The position numbers and the translations under genes were made by a program. A stretch of 60,985 bases of DNA, the filler included, from Diploschistes diacapsis (Eukaryota), in assembly GCA_023645945.1 (NCBI GenBank). It is 6 parts of 6 records of this genome, joined end to end, with 100 filler letters (N's around TTAATTAATTAA, not from the genome) between each part and the next. Parts side by side here need not be neighbours in the genome. Positions count along the whole stretch, not along the records: positions 20,409 to 30,501 come from JALAIB010000963.1; positions 30,602 to 40,687 come from JALAIB010000964.1; 4 more parts are not named here. One strand, 5' to 3'. Each line of letters begins with the position of its first letter. Position 1 is the first letter of the stretch. Positions 26,401 to 38,965 of this stretch are shown in pieces. The notes below the pieces were generated by a model. That model did not search any database, was not told the origin of the DNA, and saw only the letters and a list, made by a program, of their open reading frames with translations.

Positions 26401-27107
26401 TGTTTGTTCTCTGTTCTCTTCACTTACGCTCATCCTTCACCCTTCACCGTCTTCGGTACTAACACAAACACACAACCCACTCCCACTACTAACTAGCATC
26501 GGATGTCGGATGTCGTCTTACAACTGCACTACCTACCCGGGTAAGGGTTTGACTGGCCGGATGGCTTCTCGACTTCATCTCGTCTTCAGTTGTTTCCCCA
26601 CATACATCACTTCTTTCCTACGAGTCACGACTCCCCAACCTGTTTGCCCTTCTACACCCCCTGTTCGTTCCATTCCCCTTCGAAACATCCCCCCCGAAGC
26701 CTTGCCTGCCTGGATCTAGGAGGTCTTGCTTATGACGGTTGGAGAGACCAGAAAACAGTCTGTGATAACCCTGAAGATAACCGGCTCCAACTGTTCGGTC
26801 TGGATTGGTACCCGTCTTCCAAAATGTTTTCCGCCCTGTTCCAATGGTGGACCATACACCATAACATCTACAAGCCAACGTCGGAGCCACCGAGAGGACT
26901 GGGCCGTCGAGCTATATGAATGCTTATGCCACCCCTCTGCAGAATTCCTGTCTTCATGCTCTCACCAGCTTGAAAGGATCTCCATCCCCAAGATTCATCT
27001 ACGTGTCCACGCTATACTACTCTGCTGATCGTCGTGCTGGGAACGACATTTCTTTCTCTCTTTCTCTATCTAACACCTCTTAATCGTTAATTTCTAATAC
27101 GTTCACC

Positions 27108-27524
27108 ATGAACCGATCAATCTCCTACACATGCACATCGTCGTCAGAGTCCTCCTCAGACTCTCAGCCGAGACGGCTGGGCCTCAAGTCATCCAAGTCG
27201 TACACCGTGTCGACCTCTCCAGACATCCTACAGCTTTTGCCCGCCACAACATATGTCCCACCGTCGCCGCGAGGACGCCTCGTCCAGCACTCCTACGTGA
27301 GGCCCTCGCTCCGCCTCGATCACCATATGATGCCTTCCCCCGAAGAGATCATTGCAGCCGCCACGGCCACGCGAGGCAGGAGATCTTCAAGCACGAGTAG
27401 CACCAGCTCGATCGAGAGCAACTCCAGCTCGAGGTCCGAGAAGAGACAAGGAAGAGTCTTCATGCCCACCTCTGGCGGCAGTATCCTCGACCTCCTAGCC
27501 GAGAACCAAGACATGGAAGACTAA
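27108..27524 (+). CDS. Small Ser/Arg-rich, probably disordered hypothetical protein (138 aa)
   Basis: ATG in good context (CACCATG), CT-rich tract just upstream (27050-27070), C-rich codon usage like host genes, RRSSS motifs. No recognisable domain. Confidence 0.55.
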   Translation: MNRSISYTCTSSSESSSDSQPRRLGLKSSKSYTVSTSPDILQLLPATTYVPPSPRGRLVQHSYVRPSLRLDHHMMPSPEEIIAAATATRGRRSSSTSSTSSIESNSSSRSEKRQGRVFMPTSGGSILDLLAENQDMED

Positions 27525-28603
27525 TAGAGACTAAGAAAGAAAAGAGAACAAGAAAGAGACCACAATAACCATCCCACCCTTGCCGTCCCAGCAGCAGCAG
27601 CAGCGTCAGCATCAACATCAGCACAAAATCATTCACTTTAAGCGTTCGGTCTTGCATTTTGAGCGTTTCATGATACCCACCGGAACTTTACAGCGCGAAG
27701 TCCACGACTCTTGTATTTTATTCTTCAGCGGCATAGCGGCATGGCGACGGCGTTCATGGTTTTTTTTGGGTTTTCTCCATTCCACCGTCTTTGGGTGTGA
27801 GCTGGACCTCGGGAGCCACGGTGACATTATGGGACTTACACGGGGCAGGCCTCGTCTTTGGGACAACGAGCCTCGGAGTTTTGACAATTTGGTTCGCACA
27901 CTCGCATGGACTTTGGGGGGGCCCAATACAAGGATACGACCCTTGGAAATTGGGTTTCGGCAGCTGGCAGCTTGTTATTTTCATTTGTTCCTTCTTTCAT
28001 CAGTCTTGTTCTATTCACCCTACAACAACAGCCATCTCGTGGAGGCTTGTCACGCAACCATGCAATCACCCGAATCGATCGATTGGTGGCAGTGGATGGT
28101 GAAGCTCTTCCTTTTTCTTCTTTTTCTCTCGATGGCGATCAGGTTGCGGGCAATTCTCTCGTACTTGATCCCTTCTCTCCTGGTCCTTCCTCAAGCAAGC
28201 AAAACTAGAGGCAACCATATCCATCTTCATTGTTTTTTGTTCCAGTCTTAGTCTTGGTTCTCGGGTCGGAGTTCTGGTCGGTAGATAGGGTGCAATAGGA
28301 TCTCCTTTGTCATAACCATGATATATCTCCAAATCGAGTGATTCATTGGTGCCGCCGTCATGCAATCTGCTGCCCTTGCCTGCTAACATGCAGGTACAAC
28401 ATCATGTAAGCAAGCTTAAATGAAGTCTCTATGGTAATTTGTACCAGGTTCTAAAAACGTGAACGTTTAGGGATATACATCACAAAATGGTGTAGAATTC
28501 TCAAGAGGGGACATAGCCTAGTAGGTAGGACTGTCATTCCCTACGTGAGATATCTCCGTAGTAGTTGTCCTCCCTAGTTGAGTTTGTTCTTTTTTATTTT
28601 CTA

Positions 28604-28701
28604 CAGCTCAGTAGTTAGGTACACCATAAGCGGCAGTAAAATAAGCAGTCAACTCTTTACTGCCGCTTATGGTGTACCTAACTACTTTTGGCCTAGTACT
28701 G
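28604..28701. mobile_element. 98-bp Tc1/mariner-derived MITE flanked by TA
   Basis: Perfect 31-bp inverted repeat (28610-28640 / 28656-28686) with ends TA|CAG...CTG|TA. A near-identical terminal sequence recurs at 40867-40928. Confidence 0.85.
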
Positions 28702-30501
28702 TACCATTGGAGGGTTCCAGAATTAGCAATTAAACCAATACGGCATCCTCAAGGCTACATACAATATTCTGTCCAGCCCTCCATCATTTACAGGCTAAAA
28801 AGCGTTTTGCCAACGCGCATCCCACCCAACCTTATCTCATCTTCGGTCCAAAGATAGAGTTGCCCAAAACACCCAATTTCCCGTAGTCTATCATTCATCT
28901 CCCCCCCTCCCCCCAAAAAAAACCTACTGCAGGCCAGCAATCCACTCGAGCTCAGGGCAAAGAAGCTTCCCCCAGCACAGGAAGAGCTTTCCCTGTTGTT
29001 GCAGGCTTTACCTGGCAAAGCGCATACGTACAACAACAGAGGTAACACTTCTCAGCGCACGCAGCCCCCTGTCGTTAATACGCCGCCATCAACCTTCCCT
29101 GCTGCCCCCCTACTTTGTCCAACAAAATTTACAAACAGTACTTGGGATAATAAATCTGAAGGGCCCCCCCGTTGTAATTTCGGAACCGGTTTTTCTGTTC
29201 GAGGGCAGTGCCCCTATCTCAAACATCCTTTTCATCCCCATCACGTCGTTGTGTAATCTTGTTCTCGCGTCCGGGGGCCGTTGCTTGTTTGTTTGTTTGT
29301 TTGTGTACAGTCGCTAGAACTTAGTTTGGCTGGTTAGTCAGCCGTGCAACTAAAACTTCTTAAAACCAAAATACTAGTTGTAAAGAATTTTGCCCCCGTC
29401 GGGGTCTGGAAGATCTTGGGCGCTTTCGCCTATTTAGAGAAACCCCCCGTTGCTATGTAGCTTGGGTTGGAGTTTGGGGATAAATGGGCTGCGCCCCGCC
29501 GCGCCCGTGTGTGCGCTTGGGTACACTGGGGATACGGTCGGGCGGAAGGGAAAGGGAGATAGGATGGGAGGGAGATGGGACAACATGGGGGCTGTTGGAT
29601 ATTACTATATGTAAAAACACCAAACTGCCCCCCATTTTCTCTTCCTATTCAGCGATTCCCCGCAGACAGACGTATGTATCTTGCAGTTATACGCCCATGA
29701 ACCGCATAAGAGGCAAGAGAGGAAGCTTGTGGCTCTGTGCTTCTATTCCAAAAAAAAAGCAAAAAAAAAAAAAAAAAAGCATAAAAAGCTGCCTGGCCTG
29801 CTGTAGATATCCTGGGCCTCGCCAGGCTCTGACTTCCAACGTCTGTTTTGTCGGATGCGATAAAGTCTAAAATCTATTGTTGTTCAAAGTATCTATCTTT
29901 CAAACGCATTCCGTCCAAATCCCCAACTTTGACGACAAGCTTGAAACCAACGTGAGCTAGGCAAGGCCGTTGCTCCAACCCGATCAGGGACACGATCCTG
30001 ATCGGGTTGCCTGCTTCCTGGTCGCAATCGCTAGATCTCAGATCCTGATTGTTGTTTCCGCTGGGCTCGTCCGTAAACTTGGTCAAGGTTTCCAAGTGAA
30101 TGGGAGATGGGGAAGGGCCGGTGCAGTCGCGTAGGGGTAAATTACGACGCCAATCGATGTGAGTTCTGTGGTGCAGATTACAGAGCCTCAACTCTCCAGT
30201 TTCTGCCCTGTAGGGTATTGGTATGGTCCGCATATCCAGTATCGAGTCTGAGAGTTAGACGTGCGAAAGTTGAAACTTGAAGTCGTTGCAAGGACGAACT
30301 CTGCTGTGAGCCGTCCCCGTAGCAAAGTCCCATGTCTCTTCCTTTCTTCTCTAATCGCACCTTGCGGCGCTTGACCAGTCCAGAATCCAATGCGCCAACC
30401 CCATGTGAAGACCCCAGCCTCTACACCAACTCCCCGTCCGATCTGCTGACCGCCCTACTCCTCCCCGTCCCCACCATCCCTCCCTTCTCCCCCCTCAACC
30501 T

Positions 30502-30601
30502 NNNNNNNNNNNNNNNNNNNNNNNNNNNNNNNNNNNNNNNNNNNNTTAATTAATTAANNNNNNNNNNNNNNNNNNNNNNNNNNNNNNNNNNNNNNNNNNN
30601 N
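30502..30601. other. Artificial contig linker
   Basis: N-run + TTAATTAATTAA + N-run. Confidence 0.99.
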
Positions 30602-30778
30602 AGATAACTCGGTTAAAAACGAGTAGCGCTTTTTAATTACTTTATTTTAAAACGAGTTAAACGCGATGTTAAAATAGTTATATATCTTAACAATACGAGC
30701 TAAAAAATGTTACTTATTTTTAAAACCGGGGAGCCGTAAAGCGCTACTTATTTTTAATATATTGGAGACGCTAGCCTA
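30602..30778. mobile_element. AT-rich repeat relic with reiterated motifs, possibly a DNA-transposon end
   Basis: Repeated TACTTATTTTTAA / AGCGCT / AAAACGAG units. Ends in GACGCTAGCCTA, which resembles the terminus GACGGTCAGCCTA at 39967-39979. Confidence 0.45.
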
Positions 30779-30932
30779 AAGGAGGGTGGTAACCTGTCTT
30801 CGTAAAACAGCAACCTAAACCTCTCTTTTCGAGAGCCAAATTACCGTCCACATAGCAAATCCGCGTTAAGGAAACTCTAAGAGGCTTGCTTGGTTTTCTG
30901 TCAATTCATTCTCTTTCCTTCTATGGCTCCTA

Positions 30933-33900
30933 ATGGCCCAAGAAGTGTCCGAATATTCAAAGATTGCCGCACAATTTGCATCAGCGAAAGCAAAGGCGGC
31001 GCAAGGACCCAAAACAAATAGAAAAGCCTCGTCGGATGCTGTCATCTTCAAGACGCGACACCTTCTGGCCATTACTTTCTTTCTCTGGATCTTGTACGTG
31101 CTAAAGGTGCTCAATTCTAAGCCCTGCTAACAGTCTCAGCTTTCTCCAAGCAACAGGTATATATCTCTTCACCAAAGGCTTCCTCCTCACCCGTCTTGTC
31201 CTCGAGAACAAATCTTCATGCGCTCAACCGCCTGTTGTGCTCAAAGATCATGGTGACTGTTGGCTGCCGAAGTCCTTTGATAAAGCGGTCGTTCTAGTCA
31301 TTGATGCGCTGCGATACGACTTCACGATACCCCATGAAAGGAACGAGCATTACCTGAATTCGTTCCCAGTCCTATACGAAACCGCGGTTGGGTCGCCTCA
31401 GAATGCCTTCCTCCTTCCTTTTATTGCCGACCCGCCTACAACAACGCTACAGCGGCTCAAGGCACTGACGACGGGCACCTTGCCGACCTTTGTTGACGCG
31501 GGCTCGAATTTTGCAGGAACAGCAATAGAGGAAGACAACCTAGTTGCGCAATTGAGAAACTTAAACAAGACCTTGGTGCATCTTGGAGACGACACATGGC
31601 ACTCGCTTTTTCCAGACTATTTTGACCTAAACTTGACACATGCCTACGATTCGTTCAATGTTTGGGACCTCCATACGGTTGATAATGGAGTTGCGGAGCA
31701 CCTTCTTCCATTACTGAAGAAGCCTGAGGCATGGGATGTTATCTTTGGGCATTTTCTCGGTGTGGACCATGCTGGACACCGCTATGGACCCAGTCACCCA
31801 GCGATGGCTTCTAAACTTCGGCAAATGGACGGTTTGATCCGAGATGTTATTCGTGACCTTGCCGACGATACATTACTTGTCGTATTGGGGGATCATGGGA
31901 TGGACGGCAAAGGAGATCATGGAGGCGAGTCTGATGATGAGGTCGAAACTGCACTCTGGATGTACTCGAAGAAAGGCATATTCGGCCGAAGCACTCCCAG
32001 CTATACTCAGCCACCTCTTACGGCGAAAGACAAACCTGTTGCGCAGATCGACCTTGTTCCGACTCTGGCTTTACTATTGGGTCTTCCTATTCCTTTCGAC
32101 AACCTTGGTGCTCCCATTCAAGAGGCTTTCGTAGGCGTGGGTACCAAGCAGTGGGAACGATTAGTGTCTGCGCAAGCGCTTACAAGCTCCCAAATTCATA
32201 ATTACCAGCTTGAGTACTCCAAAGCTCGAACCTTAGATGAAAGGGCCATGTCAGAACCTGAGCGTCTATGGGCGGAAGCTCTGGAATTATGGAATGGCCG
32301 CCCCTCGGTTAGTCCAGAAAACCAAGTTTACATGAAGATATCCAAAGCATTCTCAGACTACCAGAAGGGCAATCTTCAAGTCTGTAAAAGCCTCTGGGCT
32401 AGATTTGACATACCTAGTATGGCTAGTGGCATATTGGTACTTTTTCTGGCTGTTGCTGCACTGATTGTTTTTGCTAGCTCCGCGCTTAAAGATAGATCCC
32501 TTTTGATCCCTTCTGTGCTACGACGTGTTGGAATCTTCGGCGTTATTGGTGCTGCCCTTGCCAGGGTGGTAGGTTTTGGCTTCCCCGACGTGCCAAATCT
32601 GGACGCGTCTTTACTTGGAGCTGCGCTTGGGAGTTACACTGGTTATGCTTCAGTATTGTTACCGCAGCTATCCTTTTTAACTTTACCGACAACAATCTGG
32701 ACTTGGCTAGCCATAATATTCACGGGCCTGCAATCTATCGGATTTGCTTCAAACTCTTTTACTATTTGGGAGGATGAGATTTCCCTTTTTTTCCTTGGTA
32801 CTTTTGGCGCCTTTGCGTTAATATCATCCTTGCGACAGTCTAATGATGCTGACCGTATACTCGGAGTGTATCATTCAATCATTTTCCTAGTAATGTCCAG
32901 ATTGGCTTCTCTGTCCAGGTTGTGCCGCGAGGAGCAAATACCTATTTGTAAATCAACATTCTATGTTTCTGAAACTTCCTCGACCTCTTCCATCTGGCAG
33001 CTCTTCATTCCATACGTGGTCGCAATAGCACTGCCCTCCGTTGTTAAATCTTACTATAAAGGGACCAAGTCCTATGAAGGCTCTGCGGCATTCTGGATTG
33101 GCTTATGCTTCAGATTGGGACTTCTTGGATCGGCAGTATACTGGACACTTGACGCTGCAGACAACGGGGAATGGTGGACTAATCTTAGCACCGCAGATAT
33201 GTCAAGAATCAAGACTACTCTTGCCCAAGTTGTCCTTGCACTGGCATTCGGCGCCGGGACAGCTACTTTCATCTGGGCGCCACCTTGCGTCCGTGTCGAA
33301 ACTTCCAATTACGCATCGTCCGAACTGGGCAACACCAGATCCGGAGCCAAGCCCAAGTCCATCACCATTTTAGGCTATGCCAATGTTCATGGTTCTCGCT
33401 ATGCCCTACTCTACACTGCATGGCACCTTGCAGCTTCCCTCGTCTCCAAACCTATGGGTTCCGGTTCCCTAGCTCTCATGGCATGGCAACTTTTCTCTCT
33501 CCTCGAAATTCTCGACAGCAACGGCCTCACGCCGTCTTCCTCTACAGAATCTTCTCCTATCGGCCCTGCCGCTGTCGCCCTCCTTGCGTCCTTTTATTAC
33601 TTCAAGACAGGCCACCAGGCCACACTATCATCAATACACTGGGACACGGCATTCATCCCTCTTACAACGGTTCAGTATCCATGGTCACCGCTCATAGTTT
33701 TTCTGAATACATATGCCGCCCAGATTCTCGCAGCAATCTTTGTACCACTTCTTGTTTTCTGGAAGCAACCTCCACCAGGTCCACAAAAGCCAATTCTGAG
33801 CACGTTGAACGATGTCTGTGGCGCCTTTGCTGCGTTTTTCAGTCACGTCGCTGTTCAAAGCCTTGCTACCACTATATGGGCCGGCTGGCTTAGGAGACAT

Positions 33901-34047
33901 CTGATGTTGTATAGGATCTTCAGTCCAAGATTTCTTGTGGGAGCTGCTGCGCTTCTGGTTGTCGAGTTGATTGGCATTTTCTTTGGCTTGGGACTCGGAG
34001 TGTGGTATAACATTACCAGCATCGCAGAGGTCTTCGGCTGGGGCTAA
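30933..34047 (+). CDS. GPI13: GPI ethanolamine phosphate transferase 3 (PIG-O)
   Basis: GIYLFTKGFLLTR, VIDALRYDF, ADPPTTTLQRLKALTTGTLPTF, HFLGVDHAGH, GDHGM..GDHGG, SNSFTIWED, TGHQ, RRHLMLYRIFSPRF. Intron at ~31094-31139. Confidence 0.96.
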
Positions 34048-34106
34048 CTCTATTTTTTCCACAACCAAAATCATTCGATATTCTCCTTAAAGACAAGCCC
34101 GCAAGC

Positions 34107-34520
34107 TCAATTTCGAATGCTCAGACCACCACAGACCCCACAATGCTTCCACCGGCCTCTACAAGTTGGGCAAATCCGGTCGCGCCAGTACCTCGCCAGC
34201 TCCACCATCCGCATAGCACACTGTTGCTCTTCCAGCTGTCGCCTTTGGATCGCTTGCTCTTTCTCCCTTTTCTGCTGCGGTATTATCGCAAATATCATTA
34301 ATCGATCGAGCTCGAGTTGGATCGGTGTGAAGAATCCAGTCTCGGTCACGAAATCGAAGATCATGGACCGGCAAGCTTGCTCGAACCAGGGATCTTCATG
34401 GACCCAGCGGTCTACGTCAGGGCAGGAAAGCTCAAAGAAAGAGAGGAGGGCTGAGGTGGAGGTACGCTGCATTTCTTGAATGATAGAAGAGACGTCGAGG
34501 TTCATTGTGGGTAGTGGCAA
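34107..34520 (-). CDS. Hypothetical protein with a coiled segment and C-terminal CxxC-x6-CxxC
   Basis: ORF ends ICPTCRGRWKHCGVCGG. The frame stays open upstream to ~34646, so the start is uncertain. Confidence 0.4.
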   Translation of the reverse strand: MPLPTMNLDVSSIIQEMQRTSTSALLSFFELSCPDVDRWVHEDPWFEQACRSMIFDFVTETGFFTPIQLELDRLMIFAIIPQQKREKEQAIQRRQLEEQQCAMRMVELARYWRDRICPTCRGRWKHCGVCGGLSIRN

Positions 34521-35202
34521 TGCGGAAGGTATGGAAGCGTCGGCCAGCGACAGCAGATGATCGTGACGATGATGAAAGATTGAGTAAGCAAATAGAGATG
34601 ACTGCTTGGCGTCACCAAGTAGATAAAGGTAGATGTTGAAGTGGCGTCATACAAGTCTGAAGAAAAGTTGTGTGTTCACTTCAAGTGTATATTCGCAAGG
34701 TCGCGATCACATAACATCGTGATATCGCGTTGAGGAAAATGCCAAGTGGCAGTACCTCTTTGTGCAAGAAGTCGCAGCTCACATTCTCGCACCGGCTCTT
34801 TTGCCTATCTACCTTTCTTTTCTCCTCTGATTCTGACCTCAGTCCGGGCACCGCGTACGGCGACACAAAGCCCATTGTCCTTCAAGTCTCAAAACCACAT
34901 CCCCTCTGTTCCTAGCCCTGAACCCAACCAAAGCATTGTCTCGCCCCTCGCTCTGCTTGTTTGCCAGATTGGGTGGTACTAAAAAGCTACGCTTGGATCC
35001 TCTACCGCTCCTGCCGCGGCCTTTGAAAGCGCATCGCTCACACATCTCAGTCGCGAGCACAGCACAACCTACCTCCCCCACGCCATCCGTAACGGCCACC
35101 CTTTCTCCCTCTTCGGTGCCGTTAATACTGGCCCCAAGCACCACCCAGCCCCGTATCCCCAACCCGTCCGGCCCTCTCACCCCGCGTGTCTGCGTCCTTC
35201 TA

Positions 35203-38200
35203 TCAACACATTCTCGGCTCCCAAGTGCAGTGTGTCGGTGAACTGTCATCTCCCGTAAGTCTTGAAGGTGCTTCCCACGGCCATTTGGTCCACATCTTGA
35301 CATCTTTGCAATAATTGCGAATCCTGTGGTAAAGCTTGGCCTTGGTTGTAGATTGCCCTTTTAGACTGTCGTGATCGACCATGACGACAGCGCCTGTCTT
35401 TGGTCTGGTCAGGCTCGTAAGTAGTTTGCCGTGATCTAGCGTAAAACCCCATTTCGCTGCTGTACGTACGAGATCGAAGATGATAATGTCATTTGATTGT
35501 CCAATGTATCCATCCAGAACCGCAGATTGGATAGGACGCCGATTCTCACTAAATACTTTGTATAATTTGCTTTGTCCTTCGTATGGAGTAAGCACCGTGT
35601 TTTGTTTTCGGGGAATACCATATTGTTCCAATCGGGAAACTAAGTTCTCGGCGTGATCGATTGCGGTTTGATTTATCGAAGATCTTGTGGGTCCCCATTG
35701 TTGTTCTTCGGTGTTGTCCATTTCGAGGAATACAACGAGCGATTGGGCTCTCTGGTAACTCCATCTGTTCCCTGATAAAGTTGAAGAGGTTAGGAACCAG
35801 GGGACGGTCTCGATCGGTTAGGCCACATTGAAGACGTCCATGATAAAAAAATCTTTCTGACGAACTCAAAGTACATAGGTGGAAATCGGTAGGTTACTTC
35901 GAGTCTGTTGACTGGGCGCTTACGTGCGATTTGCAAGTTTAGAACCGATGGTTCGAGAATGCAGGCTGCTGGAACTTGATATGTGTCCAGGGGAAAGACA
36001 GAGATCTGTTTTGGGTCCCCACATACATGGATCTTAGCCTGTGGGTGTCCCGCCATTACAACATCCCATATCTTGTTGGCTAATCTTTTGTCCTTCGGTG
36101 CAATCTATGATGTCCGCTTTCCAACCCCTGATAATGTCGTCGCCTGACCCATAGAGAGTGGTCACAATGCAATTGACAGTCTTGGTCATATCTTCGAAGA
36201 TCGTACGGAGTAGTGAAACAAAGGAGTTCTCTTCCTTCTTAGTGAACCTTCCCGCTTGGTTGTAGCGTACTAATAGGCCCTTTAGTAAGCGAAGATCATG
36301 CTCTGCTCCCATCTCTTTCTCTAGGTTGACCTTGTTTTGCGCGGTCTCTCTTGCCAGGGCTTCCCACTCCCCCTGATTGAGACCTATTGGGGCTGCCGGT
36401 GCTTGCTTTTGTTTCTTGATGGATTTTCCTCCCGTCTCGTAGTCGCCCGTATCATCGTCGTCCTCCATCTCATGCATATCTTCTCCTTCCGGTAATTCAA
36501 GGGAGCTGGAACCGGATGCACCATTGTTCTTCTCCTTCTTCGTCTGCGTCTTCCATCTCCTTGTCCTCTTCTTATGCCTCGAGGATTTCAAGCGTAGGAG
36601 CATGTTTGGTGTCTGGGTTCGGCTTCCAGTTGTAGAGGTCTGGTTTCTTGGCAACGTGGTGTGCAAAGCTCATGCATGGTAGAAGGGAACGCTTATCGGT
36701 GGTTCCATTGTGGCCCTTATATCGCTCATGAGCTGCTTGCTGTAGTTTCAAGGTTTCTGTGAATTCTGATGGGAAAATCTCTAGGAGTTTAGAGGGTACG
36801 AATTTCGTCTGTCCTGCCGCAAGCCATTTAATAAAAGCAACGTTCGTGTTCTCTGTGCAGTGTCTGATAACCCGTAGCTCTGGATTGACTGCGTTCAGGA
36901 TCGGTACAAAGTATCTGCCATATGATCTGCTATTGAATTCTGAGGCGCCACTATCAACACCTTCTGACCTGATTCGATGAAGAAAAGGGTCAGCAGCCTT
37001 TCTGAGAACGTTTTCGCGGTTCCCGTTGATCCTACCGTAACGGCAATCTTTCCCGGGGCTCTTTCAAATAATCGGTATAGAGAATGTTGTTCTTCGATCA
37101 AGACAAGGTTCTGGATTTTCATAGCAGAGCCTATCCGTGCTTCTAAGTTACGAAGAGAAGCACCCCGAAAGCCTCTCATCAATATTGTAGTTCTCTCAAT
37201 ACCGGTTTTTCGGTTGGCACTGCTTCCGCATATTGAACCCCATTCGCTCATCCTGCCAAGCTCGTGCAGTGTGTTTCTCAGGATCAGTAGCATCAACGTC
37301 AAATGGGTTTAATTCACGAAATGCGGCGAACTGACGCTTGATCGACTGATTGGAATAGCGGACGTGAAGCTTGGCCCAATTTGCTGGTCCGTCATGAAGG
37401 AACTGTACTAGCTTTGGTATGTCTGTGCCCTTGAGCGCTGTAGCATCGAATATGTGCTCTGGTTTAGCTGAATGAATGTGCTTGGAAGTATTGACATTCC
37501 CTTCTTCATCAGTGGTAGTTTCAGTCTCTACATAAGCGGTTACCATCAGGCAAACATCTGTAGCGCTGGCATGCTTTGATGTACGTGCAACCACTCTTCC
37601 CTGCCAAGATCTTCCGATATCAGGCGTAAAGTAGATAGTTACAGAATCCCCGATCTTTAATCTTGTTTTGAACCCTTCTTCTAGTCGAAGAAAACCGTGA
37701 TACACTCCGTATTTGCTTGATTGGGTATGTATCAGACGAAGTTGTGAGAGAACTTCTTTGGACTGGTCTCCTTGTTCGCATTCTAGTTGGCGCAGATTAT
37801 GGCGAGCGATGATCTGTTGAAGAACCCATTCCTTGGCATCGAGGGGGAACAGCTTTTTGTCGAAAGAGATCTGCGGCTGGGCCTTCATTGACTTAAGGAC
37901 ACCATAGGTACTTCGGTACGGATTTCCCTTTTGCTTGTAAAAAGCAACATGAGGGTCTTGGCTCTGGAGTGTCTCGATACAACGCTCATACTCCGCGAGG
38001 TCTACTTGAAGAGATAGATTCGCGTATTTGTAAGATGTCTCGAGTCCTGGGTTCGAGGTTGATAAGTTCTCCTCATCCACGGTTGTCAATGTCTGAGATG
38101 CCTGAGCTACAGCTCTCTTCTCTTTCTTTCCCAGTGTAGCTACACGAATTACCAAATGTACAAGAATCGGTTGTCGGTGCATAGCTTCCAGCTGCAACGT

Positions 38201-38965
38201 CTCTGCAAAGAATTGTTCGACTTTCGCATATGAACTCTTAGGGTCATGAGGAATAAGATTGACTCCCGGAGAGTTGAATTCTGGGGTGAAGAGAAAGGAA
38301 AGATAGTGAAGCTCTTCATTGTTGTGATAGATCGCAATCTGGCGCGATCTGCGTGAGCTTGCATCTTTTGGAACCTTCGTAGGTGTTGTTTGACGGCATA
38401 TTGTGCTTAATTCTGACCGATTGAAGGTTGCTTATCAGACTGTTCGTTTCGAAGATGATTGTTCATCCTGACTCGAAGGTTTCTTGATTGGGATCAGGAC
38501 GTACTGCAGCTGCATTCTATAGTCGATATGGAGATTATAAAATCGTATAATCTTGGGTTCGTTCATTTCACCATTCCCTTTGAGAACATCACACCTGAGT
38601 TCAAGGTATGTGTCCCACTTCTCACTAGGTCTGAGATAGAAAATTGCCTTCTCTGAGAGGACTTCCTGTTGCTTAGTATCCGTGAACTGTCCAAACTGAA
38701 TACCTTTGATCTTGTCTTTTTCCTGCACCTTTGGTTCTAGTGTAACTAGGCATGGATACTTGCGCTCGTAAGTTTGTTCGAAGTTACGACTTACCAAAGG
38801 GGTTTCAGTCGTTGGTAGAGTTGATGGCGGTGGCTTTAGTTCTACTGCGGCAATAGGAGCTGTCTCAGTTGGAGTTAGTATCAGGTCTTCCTCCGCTGAG
38901 GTCTGGTTCGGTGGGTTGAGCTGAGATTGCTCAGGGTCTCGACCTCCAAGTTGATCTGACTCCAT
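35203..38965 (-). pseudogene. Intronless, highly divergent superfamily-1 (UPF1/DNA2/NAM7-like) helicase, disrupted
   Basis: Motifs in the correct order: AVTVGSTGTAKT (I), KVLIVAPQNSIADHM (Ia), ADIIDCTEGQK (II), VCGDPKQI (III), LEVTYRFPP (IIIa), VLTPYEGQ, VLDGYIGQSNDIIIFDLVR (V), LLTSLTRPK (VI). Tandem in-frame TGA TAA at 38432-38437 and several frameshifts. Confidence 0.8.

Noticed and set aside
29957..30035. Helitron 3' end at the 13-bp hairpin
   Set aside because: The nearby CTAG motifs are not followed by T on either strand and the spacing is atypical.
38432..38437. Programmed stop-codon readthrough in the helicase
   Set aside because: Two consecutive stops plus several downstream frameshifts fit decay (for example CGA CAA to TGA TAA) better than recoding.
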